Source: Cetorhinus maximus (taxonomy: Eukaryota). From it: DNA of 64,000 nucleotides. This document shows, in pieces, positions 26,684-39,699 of the stretch. Position 1 is the stretch's first letter, and each line of letters opens with the position of its first letter. The DNA is taken from contig NC_135909.1 of assembly GCF_964194155.1 (NCBI RefSeq), forward strand, positions 11,594,001 through 11,658,000. The letters are read 5' to 3'. The notes beneath the pieces are model-generated. The model was not told the origin of the DNA. It did not search any database and saw only the letters and a list, made by a program, of their open reading frames with translations. A program made the translations under genes and the position numbers.

Positions 26684-26699
26684 GGCTCTTAAAAGAGCC
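26684..26699 (-). other. Histone 3' stem-loop (H2B left)
   Basis: Reverse complement GGCTCT-TTTA-AGAGCC; HDE-like AAGGAGCTG. Confidence 0.95.
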
Positions 26700-26738
26700 T
26701 TTGTGTTGTGAATGTGTTTTTCAGTCCGTTCGGGGGTT

Positions 26739-27116
26739 TTACTTGGAGCTGGTGTACTTGGTCACCGCCTTTGTCCCTTCCGACACGGCGTGCTTGGCCA
26801 GTTCCCCGGGCAGCAGCAGGCGCACGGCGGTCTGGATCTCCCGGGAGCTGATGGTGCTGCGCTTGTTGTAATGGGCCAGGCGGGAAGCCTCACCCGCGAT
26901 GCGCTCGAAAATATCGCTCACGAACGAGTTCATGATGCTCATGGCCTTAGAGGAGATGCCGGTGTCGGGATGAACCTGCTTCATCACTTTGTAGATGTAG
27001 ATGGCGTAACTCTCCTTCCTCGACTTTCGCCGCTTCTTGCCGCCCTTTCCTGACGGCTTATTCACCGCTTTCTTGGCGCCCTTCTTAGCAACTGGTTTCT
27101 TCTTCTCTTCAACCAT
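26739..27116 (-). CDS. H2B: Histone H2B (left arm, 125 aa)
   Basis: [13 protein letters not shown]…[21 protein letters not shown]…KYTSSK; octamer-like element upstream; 3' stem-loop. Confidence 0.99.
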   Translation of the reverse strand: MVEEKKKPVAKKGAKKAVNKPSGKGGKKRRKSRKESYAIYIYKVMKQVHPDTGISSKAMSIMNSFVSDIFERIAGEASRLAHYNKRSTISSREIQTAVRLLLPGELAKHAVSEGTKAVTKYTSSK

Positions 27117-27599
27117 CTTCAATCTCAATTTCAGACACAGAAATAAACCAAACCCCTTCTGTCCGCTCATTAAATAGACAGTCTGACAGATATATGCTAA
27201 TGAGGAATGAGAAAACAACAATTCTTATTGGACATTTTTAAAAGAAAACAAGTTCTTAATTTGTGATTTATTTGATTGGATAGAGAAATCGACCAATCAT
27301 ATTTAGCTTTCTCCACCAATCATAGGCCTCCTTACTGCAATCAGGAAATACTTTTTACAAAGACCCTCTCCAGGCGGAATTTCTCAGTGTGTAAAGATAC
27401 ACCAGGAAATGTCGCCTGGCAGTCGGTGCGAGGGACTGTACGGTAATGTGGGGTTCCCTCAGGAATTGTGAGGCTTTGGTAAAGTCTGTGATTGTGGGAT
27501 TTATTCACTCCCTGATTCTGTGTGTGAGAGTGGGGTTCCTTCACTGTTTGGAAGGCCGTGGTACAGTGTGCGAGGGCTGGATTTCTTCTGTGTCTGTGA

Positions 27600-28420
27600 C
27601 TTGATGGGACCATGTCTCAGTGTTGGATTCACTTGATATCCTGAGGCTCATTGTGCATCTGTCCGTTATTGGTGCATGTAAGTGAAATTATTGGCTCCTT
27701 GGGACTATAAGACAGTGCGGAATTAAATCAGCATGTGTTTCTCTCGGCCACGAAAAGTATTGGATTTATTCTGTACATGTCAATCTCTGTAACTGTATGT
27801 GAATGAGATTCTTTATTTGTCAGTCCATGTCATTGTAGGTCAGAGTTGTATTGATTCTATGTCTTTCAGCCTGTGGTACTATCTCTGAGTCTGAACTTCT
27901 CATTCACTGTCAATATCTGATACTGTGTGTGAATGTGAGATTAACTCTGTACCTGTCAACATCCTTTGCTGAATGGGGGTGTGAAATTCAGTCTGTATCG
28001 GTCAGTCTCTGCTACTGATTCAAAGTGTGTAATTCATTCTCAATAGGTCCATCTCTTGCAATTTTTGACAGAAGTAACCCCACTGTCACATTCGGCACCA
28101 AAGACTGACAATGTAGAATTTGCCTCAATGGATAGTATTGGTATGAGTGGGATCAATTCTCTCTCAATCAGTGGTACTTTATGGAAGCTTGTAAATCATT
28201 TTGTTTCTGATGGACTCTGGTACCCTGTGTAAGCGTTGAAGCCATTTTCTAACTCAGTGCCTGATGCTTTGCAGAAATGAAGGATTCATTTTGTCCCTAT
28301 CAGTTTTTGGCTGTAAGATTTTTCTGTGTTTCTTGGTCTGTGGTACTGTGTGAATGTCAGATTCATTCTGTATCTCTACATCTCTGGGACCAGTGATTAC
28401 TAACTCTCTAGATGTTTGCA
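27600..28420 (+). repeat. Diverged minisatellite variant in the palindrome spacer
   Basis: GTGTGGGATTCATTCTGTATCTGTCAGTCTCTGGTACTG-like units; also at 16730-17070 and 30740-31450. Confidence 0.7.
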
Positions 28421-29639
28421 GAATTGGGTCTACCTGAAAATTTCTCCACTTCAGCGTTAAGTTCACATTTTCATATCAGATTGACAATCTTTTTTTAAAA
28501 TATTTAGCAATCTTTATACACATAAATGTTTAAAAAGTCAGACTTGTCAACTGCTCTTTAGACCTGTAATTATCTCACCTTGTGTTGTGAGTGAGGAGAT
28601 TCCCCACTGGGTCGTGCAAAACAGGAATCTGGCTGGAAATTAATTTCAATGCCTGGAAATCAGGTAGAATACAAGTCTGAATTTCTGATTTACATCCTTA
28701 GTAGATCAGGCTTCTCGCTGGGAGAGTGAATTTGAAAAGTGGTGTTTAAAACCAAACAAACCAAGGTAGATCCTTCCTCATTTGCTGAGGCAAATCCAAT
28801 GAAAGCAGTTATACTGCAGTAGGAGAATTTTGGGATAGGTACCAGACACAGCTCAGGGCAACTAAACCTGCTATCAGGGAGTGTAAAGGGTAATGGAGAA
28901 GGGGATGGCAGATACATGAATCCCAATATAGAGTTATCCATGTTGCAGTTGAAACCTCATCAGTAATCAGCACTGGCTTAGAATAGCTGGGCCTATTAAC
29001 CTCGGGAAAGGATGGATGTCGAATGGATATGACCGCTGTCCATAAATAGAATCAATTGTGTGCATGTGAATAGATAAGTTGAGCTCACTGCACAAAGAAA
29101 AATAGAAAAAGAACAAAAGGAAAATTAAACAGGCCTGCGGGGAAGAATATGTGAGCAGCTGAGCTGCTCTTGCAGAGAGCTGGCACAGATACGATGGGCT
29201 GAGTGGCCTCCCTCTGCTGTAACAATTGCGAGATTCTAATCTATGTAGCATGAGTGTAAGCCTGACTTATGTTTAATATAAAATGTGTTTCAACTGGAGT
29301 TAACAGCTGTGGGTATTAATCAGTTATTATGTCAGAGTTTTGGATTAAAATTCCATCTCTGTCAACACAACCCTGAATGTCTGTATATCACACAATCTGA
29401 TACATCATCTAGCTTGTAGACACTCTGAGGTTGGGGGAGTGGTATGTAATGCATAGTTCAGTCTGTAGTATGGGTACAATATTGGGATTCATGCAAGATC
29501 TTACAAGTGGGTACTGTTTGTCTGATCTCTTTGTCATTTAATGTGTATTTAAGGTTCTCCTTTTGTTTTGGTAACACAGGGCCTTGCAATCTGAGGGGGG
29601 TGTAATTTTGCTCAGCAATTTGCAAAGATCCCACACAGG

Positions 29640-30720
29640 AGTTTATTACACAAAATTAGAACATGTGATTGGGGATCAAACATTAGCATGGATCAAGGAT
29701 TAGTAAATGGACAGAAAACAGTGTCGGAATAAACAGGAATTTTCGGATTGGCAGGCTCTAACTTACTCTTGATAAAACACAGCCATCAGTTACTTACAAC
29801 ATATATTGATGATTTAGTTGGGTACTGAATGGAACATATTCAAGTTTGTTGATGATACAAAATTGGTGGAAAATTAATCTGTGAGGACACAAAAAACCTG
29901 CTAAGGCATTTAGACAGGTTGTCTGAGTTGTCAAGAACATGGCAGATAGAATACAATATGGTAGTGTGGGTGGGCCCAGTTTTGAAGGGGGAAAAAAGAA
30001 CATGTTTGAATGTGAGACTGGAACACGTTTGCACTCAGAGGGAGCTGGGTGTCCTTGTACATGAATTACAGAAAGTAAAACTGCAAGTACAGCAAGCAGA
30101 TAGGAAGGGAAGTGTTATGTTCACATTTGTTCCAAAGGTTTGAATTACAGGAGTGAAAAATCTTCCATTTATCCAGGGCACAATTAAGGCTACACCTGGA
30201 GTACTGTGTGCAGTTTGGTCTCCTTACATAAGGAAGGGCATAGTTGCTTTAGAGGGAGGGCAATAATTGTTCACTAGCTTGGTTTCTGTGACAAGTGGAT
30301 TTCTTATGAGGGGAGATTGAGGAGACTAGGTCTATATTCCCTGGATTTTAGAAGAATACAGGTTATCTAAATGAAACAAATAAAACTCTTAAGCGGCTTG
30401 TCAGGGTAGATGCTAAGAAAATGGTTCTCCTGGCTCCGGAATCTACAACATGTGGTCACCATCTCAGATCACAGCATTGGCCATTTTGGAATGATATGAG
30501 GAGAAATGTCTTCACTGAAAGTGTTGAGATTCTTTGGAATTCTCCACCCCAGAGAGATTTGGAAGCTCAGCCATTGAGTATGTTCCAGACAGAGGTCAAT
30601 TGATTTTGGATACTAGGGATATAAGGAGAGTGCGGCAAAGTGGAGTTGAGGTAGAACATCTGTCTGAATGAATGATGGAGGAGGTCGAATGGCCAAATAG
30701 CCAAGTCCAGCTCCTATTTC
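29640..30720 (+). mobile_element. CR1 ORF2 3' fragment in the palindrome spacer
   Basis: FVDDTK, WQIEYN and HLEYCVQF motifs plus a CR1 tail. Confidence 0.8.
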
Positions 30721-31535
30721 TGAAGGTTTAATGCATCAGTCCATCTATTCTGCTCGATGTGAGATTCAGGTGTATTCTGCACCAGTCAGTCTCTGGTACT
30801 ATATATAAAGCTGGGATCAATTGTATGTCTGTTGGCACCTGGCAAGCGATGTGAATGTGTGATTCAATCTTTATCTGTGATTCATGAACCTGAATGTGAG
30901 TATGTGATTCATTCTCAAATTTCCATTCTATTAGTATGACATTTGAATGTGAAATTTGCATGTCAGTCTTTGACACTGTACATGTGAGAGTTTCATTCCA
31001 TATCTGTTGGACTTTGTGATGTGTGACTGTGGTATTGACTCCGTATTTACCACTTCGTGATACTGTGAGTGTTTTCTCCTTAAGTAACTGCCAGTCTTTG
31101 GTAATTGATGTCTGACAATGTAACTGTGAAGCTTTGGCCTGTTTGTAAGGCATTCTTTCTGTATCTATCAGGCTCTGGTACAGATTGAGCTTTTGGGACT
31201 CAACCTGAATTGTTCAGTGGTACTGGAAATTCATTTTCTATCTCTTAGTCTCTGGTAGAGTGTCTGTGTGGGGATGTTTTTGTCTTTATTTCTGTGTATA
31301 TGTGTAATTAATCCTGTATTACTCAGCCTCTGGTACTGAGTTTACATGTAGGACTCTGGCTGTATTTGTCAGTCACTGGTAACACGTGTGGCTGTGGATG
31401 GAAGATTCTTTCTATAACTGTCAGGATATCATACATGGTTTGATTATGGGATTATTTTAATATAGTTCAATGGTCCTGAATGTAAATTTGGGAATCATTC
31501 TGAAACTCCCATTCTTTAATAATGTGTGTGCGTGA

Positions 31536-31692
31536 GTTGAAGAGTCATGACTCTGTTCTGTTGAAGGGTCATGAGGACTCGAAACGTCAACTCTTTTCTT
31601 CTCCGCCGATGCTGCCAGACCTGCTGAGTTTTTGCAGGTAATTCTGTTTTTGTTTTGGATTTCCAGCATCCGCAGTAGTTTTTTGTTTTTAT
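31536..31692 (+). mobile_element. Short repeat copy with hammerhead-like motif
   Basis: CTGTTGA-A-GGGTC-ATGAG-GACTC-GAAAC-GTC, then the family body. Related copies at 13150-13235, 33453-33552, 36994-37128, 45810-45925 and 63495-63590. Confidence 0.75.
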
Positions 31693-32074
31693 GACTGTGT
31701 GAGTGTTTGTTCCAGCGGACCACAGCCTCAAGAACAAATTTCACTCCCGATACTCCAACCCCCTACCACTCACACACACATACACAATATCCCAGTGAGT
31801 AAGTCGCACAAGTTACAAGAGTTCCGGGAGGAATCCCGCATTTCCGTGCAGTCCCTCTGTGGAGAAAGGCCCCTCGCACCGACAGCCAGACAACAATTCC
31901 CGGTGTATCTTCACAAACTGAGAAACTGGGACTAGAGAGAATCCTGATAGAATATATTTCCTGATTGTCGTAAAAGGGCTAATGATTGGTGGAGAAGTCG
32001 AAATTTGATTGGCCACTTTAAAAATGCAAACAGAGAAAAGTACAAAATAAGTGGCTGTTGTATTTTATTAAATG

Positions 32075-32140
32075 TCCAATCAGAATCATCGTTCTCCCAT
32101 TCCTCATTAGCATTGGTCTGTCAGACTGTCTATTTAATCG
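32075..32140 (+). promoter_or_regulatory. H2B promoter (mirror copy at ~27165-27235)
   Basis: CCAAT, octamer variant CTCATTAGCAT and TATTTAA, conserved in both arms. Confidence 0.7.
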
Positions 32141-32183
32141 GCGCTCGGAAGTGGTTCGTTTTATTCTGCGTCTGAAAGTGACG

Positions 32184-32558
32184 ATGGTTGATGAGAAGAA
32201 ACCAGCTCCCAAGAAGGGAGGCAAGAAAGCCTTAAAGAAACCGGTAGTGAAGGGCGGCAAGAAGCGGCGAAAGTCGCGGAAGGAGAGTTACGCCATCTAC
32301 ATCTACAAAGTGATGAAGCAGGTTCACCCCGACACCGGCATCTCCTCCAAGGCCATGAGCATCATGAACTCGTTCGTGAGCGATATTTTCGAGCGCATCG
32401 CGGGTGAGGCTTCCCGCCTGGCCCATTACAACAAGCGCAGCACCATCAGCTCCCGGGAGATCCAGACCGCCGTGCGCCTGCTGCTGCCCGGGGAACTGGC
32501 CAAGCACGCCGTGTCGGAAGGGACAAAGGCGGTGACCAAGTACACCAGCTCCAAGTAA
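32184..32558 (+). CDS. H2B: Histone H2B (right arm, 124 aa)
   Basis: [13 protein letters not shown]…KYTSSK from ATG 32184; 3' stem-loop. Confidence 0.99.
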   Translation: MVDEKKPAPKKGGKKALKKPVVKGGKKRRKSRKESYAIYIYKVMKQVHPDTGISSKAMSIMNSFVSDIFERIAGEASRLAHYNKRSTISSREIQTAVRLLLPGELAKHAVSEGTKAVTKYTSSK

Positions 32559-32597
32559 GACCCCCGAACTGACTGAAAAACACATTCACAACACAAC

Positions 32598-32613
32598 GGC
32601 TCTTTTAAGAGCC
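32598..32613 (+). other. Histone 3' stem-loop (H2B right)
   Basis: GGCTCT-TTTA-AGAGCC-ACCCA. Confidence 0.95.
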
Positions 32614-33856
32614 ACCCACAATCTCTCTGAAAAAGCTATATGATTTCTTTAGTTATAAGTTATGATTTTACTATGGAGCATTTCGAATTTTGAAATTATT
32701 ATTTTGATCACGTTTCAATCAGATTCTCGGTAACGTAGATTTAACTCGTTCAATTGTTGGGCTTCGTTCATGATGTCCCATAAATTAATGACTTGCCGCT
32801 CACGAAGCGATTGTTTTAAGACGCGTCATATTCGACCCCTGTCCCTGGTTTTGGAGAGAGAGCGAATATAACGCAAATGCCTCAGGTTCCAATTCGGTTC
32901 AAGTTTCGCCTCAATAATCGATCAGTTGATTTCCTATTAGCACCGGTTGTGCAGCAAGCTTCAGTCTCGACGCTGGCAAATTTACTCCAAGCATGTTCAA
33001 TTTTGGCTGTCCCAAATATCTACAATTTCCCGTCTATCAGCAGAACGATGTAAATGGCACTTTCAGCCGGCTGCTTAGAAGGTTTCATGACGGATCGAGA
33101 TTATCTAGAATTGATGCCGGATTCTTAAAGCGAATCCGGCATTTAGGATAAAATGTGAAATAGTCCCATTAGGGACGGACATTTTTGAAACTTTGTCGTC
33201 AGACCGTGTTCACTATTAACTGGATTTTCTATATGAAATGTATTTCTTGTTTTATAAATATATCGATGTAGAATTAAAAAAACACATTCCGTAAATTTGC
33301 GCCATTATTTTCGACTTGTTTTCAGATACACATAAACCCAGACAGAAAATCAGAAATTGAAATATACAAATAACTGTAATCCAGGGAAAGAGAGAGAGAG
33401 ATGAAGAGAATGTAACATTCGAATACTAAATACTGAATAACCATTTCCAATTAGGACTCGAAACGTCAACTGTGTTCCTCTCCGTAGATGAATTTTTCCA
33501 GGTATTTTTGTTTTTGTTTCAGATTTCCAGCATCGTCTGTATTTTGCTTTTATCCAATTAGTACTATGTTCGATCCGTTCTTTTTTGGCTTTTTTTTTTA
33601 CAAATTTGGCGGGCTTTTAAAATTTGAAAAAAAGATCGGTTGGAATCTCAAAATTTGGAGCCGGTCTTTTCCGCCCTCACTCCGTCAAGTCTCCGGACTG
33701 GTGAGTTCAGTAGATATCTGATTGGTGATATGAACAACATTATGAGACGCAGCACAAAGTGACCAATCAAGCAATGCCCGCAGCACCATTCCTCCCGAAG
33801 CTATAAGAGAAGCGAATGTGAGAGGATTTCCTCATTCTCTATTAAAGTGTTTGTGA

Positions 33857-34258
<402 letters not shown>

Positions 34259-34288
34259 AGCGGCCATTCTTTTATCTGATAAGCCAAA

Positions 34289-34304
34289 GGCTCTTTTCAG
34301 AGCC
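34289..34304 (+). other. Histone 3' stem-loop (H2A right)
   Basis: GGCTCT-TTTC-AGAGCC. Confidence 0.95.
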
Positions 34305-35028
34305 ACTCACAGAGTCTGTGAAAGGGTGACCTATTATCTGTCTGCCGCGTGCCGAATTTCAGTAATGGTGAAGCGTTTCTAATGATCCGCAAGGACAACC
34401 AACTCGCATCAACAGAGAAATTACATTTCCACCCGCGTGGTTCGGGACTGGAATGCACTGTCTGGAAGTGTAGTGGAGGCAGGTTCAATAGAGGCATTCA
34501 AGAGGGTATTAGATGATTATTTGAATAGAAAAAATGTGCAGGAATGGGGGATGGGGGGAAGCATTAGGTCATAACACTCATTTGGAGAGCAGATGCAGAC
34601 ATGCGCAAGGGCCGAATGGCCTCCCGTGCTGTGCAAATTCTTTGATTCTATGTCTGTGCACCGGAGTCATCACCTCTTGTTGCTTGAGGCATTGCCTTTA
34701 TTGACATCATGAGCACTGACTTGTAACCCGCAGCTCACCCTTTGCTTGGGATTGATGTCTGCTCGCAGTATTTAATACATTTTCACAGCCGCTTTTTATT
34801 GGAAGTGACCTACAGCACTAAGGTGACCGCAGTCCCAATTTTCTGCTGAAATTAATATACCATCTGCGCTACAATTTACAACTGCATCGTCTGTGATTAT
34901 CAATCCCACAAAAGAGGTTTGTAGACAAGAAAAATAAACTGATGCAAGGGAGCAAATTGTATCTTCGCGATGTCTAAGTCCTGGAGTGGACAACAGGAGA
35001 TTGCAGCTCTTTCATTTGTCGATCTGTT

Positions 35029-35044
35029 GGCTCTTAAAAGAGCC
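35029..35044 (-). other. Histone 3' stem-loop (H3 right)
   Basis: Reverse complement GGCTCT-TTTA-AGAGCC; HDE AAAGAGCTG. Confidence 0.95.
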
Positions 35045-35073
35045 TTTGTTGTACTTGGTGCTGAAGCCGGGTT

Positions 35074-35679
<606 letters not shown>

Positions 35680-36000
35680 TTAATTGCCCATTTCAAAAAT
35701 TCGGCCTTTATTTCCAGCCGTTGACCGACTCGATATCAGAAGACTTTGTTCCTCAATTTTTAAAAATTAAAAATACCATTTCACTGCAATTCAATATTTC
35801 CTTACCCGAATGAAATTCCTGTTCATTTAACCTCTTCCAACAATTTTTAAACCCGGCATCATCCTGATGAACCTGCTTATTTTTGGACAGAAACACCAGT
35901 CTGTTGTTTGAACTGTGGAAAGTCAGTGCTGGACTTCGCAGGCAAAAATTGACGGACTGTCCATTGCTCCCTACAGCACAACCAACCCTAAAATTCACCG

Positions 36001-36192
36001 AAACAAAAATAAAAATGCCTTGAAAAACTCAGCAGCTCTGGCAGCATCTGCGGAGAGGAACACAGTTAACATTTCGAGTCGCTATGACTCTTCAACAGAT
36101 CCTCTCCGCAGATGCTGCCAGACTTGCTGAGTTCTTCCAGGTATTTTTATTTTTGTTTTGGATTTCCAGCATCCGCAGTTTTTTGTTTTTAT
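36001..36192. mobile_element. Fold-back short repeat insertion with ~14-bp target-site duplication
   Basis: Inverted arms; flanked by CCTAAAATTCACCG and CCTAAAAATCGCCG. The left arm has an empty site at ~23533-23546. Confidence 0.85.
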
Positions 36193-37217
36193 CCTAAAAA
36201 TCGCCGCTCCCTTAGAGGTCTGGAGTGGGTAATAAAATGGAACCGGTGCTGGGGGCTTCAGATCCCTTCCCATTGCCCTCATTCTGGGCTGTTCATGACG
36301 ATAATGAGCGGAGAAAGTGACCGGCTCGATTCTCCCGCTATTCCCGGCCTGACAGATCCCGGTTCCTGAAAGGAGATGACAAATTCTGAAAATAGCTCCG
36401 AAAATAGCGCCAAGATCTTGTGACAGGGAGCGCAGTATAACAGATCATAAAGTGAGAGATTAAAAATTGTTGCCTGAAAATTAAGATTATCTTGCATTTT
36501 CCAACACTGGAATTGGCGGGCTTTTCGAATGCAAAAAAAAGTAAATCAATCATAATTTTCGATTTCTTCTCCCTGACTCAGCGATTGGTTAAGAATTAGA
36601 CTAGGAAGAGGCTGACCAATCAGAGCTAGAGTCCGGCTGCAGTCGCTCAGACTGCGGGAATTCCAGGTCGCCGAGTGGCTGAGCTGAAACTGCTGTTTCC
36701 CAAACCCTGTCAGTAACTTCACGAACATCCGTCCGAACATTGGGTTTCGGAGCAGGAGGCCACTCAGCCACGAGCCTGAACCAATTCAGTGAAATCATGG
36801 CTGATCTGATTGTAACCTCATACACCACTGACGCATTGAAAGGCTGGTGTTACCTAAAATAAAACATTTCGAAAATGTGTAGTGGAGCGGCTTTTCAGCG
36901 TCAGTGGAGAATGTGCCATCCAGGATAATAAATAACGATTAAATTGAGGGACTTAGTACATCCCCCCGAAACCCGGAACAAATCATGCACTAAAATGAAA
37001 GAAAAATACTGCGGATGCTGGAAGTCTGAAATATAAACAGAAAATGCTGGAAACCTCAGTAGGTCTGACAGCATCTGTGGAGAGAAAAGAGTTAAACCCT
37101 TCTAGTCTGTATGACTCTTCTTCAGAGATCTTGTTTGTTTCAGACACTAACATTCCCGATCACAGCCCATCCCAGCTCCCGTTCCCAGGTCTCTGCTCTC
37201 TCTGTGAGGTGGTGGGT

Positions 37218-37233
37218 GGCTCTGAAAAGAGCC
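37218..37233 (-). other. Histone 3' stem-loop (H4 right)
   Basis: Reverse complement GGCTCT-TTTC-AGAGCC-ACCCA. Confidence 0.95.
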
Positions 37234-37267
37234 TTTGTTGCGTGTTTGGTAGAAAGGGTCGAGCTGT

Positions 37268-37588
<321 letters not shown>

Positions 37589-39699
37589 TCACTCAGATCG
37601 CTGCTGAATATGAGAGACGAGCTGTGTCACGTTCCTCTTTTATACAGCTCGCCCGGACCTGAGTGAAAAAGGCGGTTTGAGAGCAGGGAGGGGAGGAGAC
37701 AGAATGAAGATTAAACAGAGAGCGGGACGGGGGAGAGAGCCGGAGTGACAGACAGAGAGAGAACAGCCCCTGATCTTTCAGCTCCTCCTCCAGTTTCTGC
37801 AACCGCCAATTTCAACCCGTTTATTACCAATGGAACCGAGACACAAACCCGGACAGACCCGGGCTTCACAGTCAGGAGTTTCCGCAAACCCGGAGCTTTG
37901 AAATATGCTCTCGTTATAATTAACACTCAGTAATATTCCGACCTAAACACAGTCTATTCTAAAACAGGAATCATCCTCAGTAACATCACCATCCTCATAC
38001 ACACACGGTTCCAGCATTTTACAAGCTGTTTGGGGGAATCTCCTGTGTTAAAATTGATGTTGTAAAGCGGCCTTTACCCACCAGTGTACCACCGCCACAC
38101 GTCCACTCGCACCCAACGCCCCTTGCCCCCCGCGCCGACACAGGTTCGGAGATTTTGTTTTCTCTATGATGAGAGTGAAATGGGGACAATTCCCATTGAT
38201 TTTAGCAGCTGAATTGTCGCTGCGGACGATCTGCGCATGCTCTGTTTTAACACGTCCGCGGTTCCGTCACAATGTGGATAACAGCGCATGCGCAACCCCT
38301 CCCCCAACAATGGCCGAGAGCGTCATTCACTCAGTGAGCGGAATAGGGTTTAATTCAGCAGCGATCGGAGACATCACCGCCCCAGAGGGAAGTGAACAAA
38401 CAGCATCTGCTTAAAGCAGCGCATCGGTTTGGAGCCGCGTCCGCAGATATGCTCAGAGATTGGCATTGAGTGTCCGGGCAGCTGAGGCGGAGGCGGCGGC
38501 TGTTTTTAATGGGCTCCCTGAAACACGAGCTGCTCCCGGAACATGGAGTGAGCGGGGGGAAGGGAGAGGCCATTCTCGAGCAGTGTCTGGACAGAGTGAG
38601 AAGAACTCGCCATTGAAGATCATTGCTGCTTTCTCTCCCCAAACCCGAGTGAAGCTTCCTGGCTTAGTTCCGGCTCCCACTGTCCCTTGTTATTGGACAG
38701 AGAATGGCGGGGAAATAGCCGCACAGTAACAATGTTTCCAGTTACACAAAGAAGATCAATTTCAGGCACCAGGTGAGAAGTGTGAAAGAGACATTTTAAA
38801 CTGTACCTGCTTGTTTCCGGGTGTACAGTTAGTTCGAATGGAGCAGCAAATAGGAATCTGACCCTTGCGAAAGTCACTCCTCCATCGGATAGTCTAATTC
38901 AAGGACCTGTGCACAGGACGGGTTGTTTCTGAATGTCATAACATTGTTGTAAAACCGCTCAAAATAGCAGATAAGCAGAAACAGATTGCTGCAGTACTGT
39001 GGTGGGTTCAGATACTGATATGCTGATAGTTTTGCTTTGTTTATTGTTCATTATAATAACACTTATTTTAAAAAATACCTTGATCACTTTTGTATCTTCT
39101 ACTTCATCTATTCTTCAGGTGAAGGAGTTATGTTTTCTGCGTGCACGGAAAGAATTGAATGAACCAGATGGTTCTTCGAAACATGGAAAAGTGCAGCCTG
39201 ATGGTTCCAGTAAGTACAATATCACTCACAAAGCATCGAGATACTGCCAGCTCTTTAGGCCAAAATGAAACATATAGAGACCGACACAGATCCCAAGATT
39301 GAGAGTCGCCCTTTCAATATAAGAGTCAAACAGAGCATTGCTGGGAGAAGTTGTTTACCTTAAACCAGTACACCTGAGGACTAGATACATCAATCCCAGG
39401 GCAAAAGCACAGCCACTATTCGATTTAAATACACGGTGTCACCTCGGCCACAAATTAAATACTAATTATTAACTACGTCAGACAACATTTACCCTATTGT
39501 AATATGCAGGATGAATTGCTACTAAGCACCTCAGAATGTAGAGTGAGCTACACATTAAATACCAGTTCCAAAATTTCACTAAGTGTTAGGCTAGAATATT
39601 AAAGTATGAATTCCATTTTCTTTCAAACTGCAGGAACTAAATAATGGACCAGGTATGAGATTGATGCATATGTTATCACTCCAATTTGTTCTCACAGAT

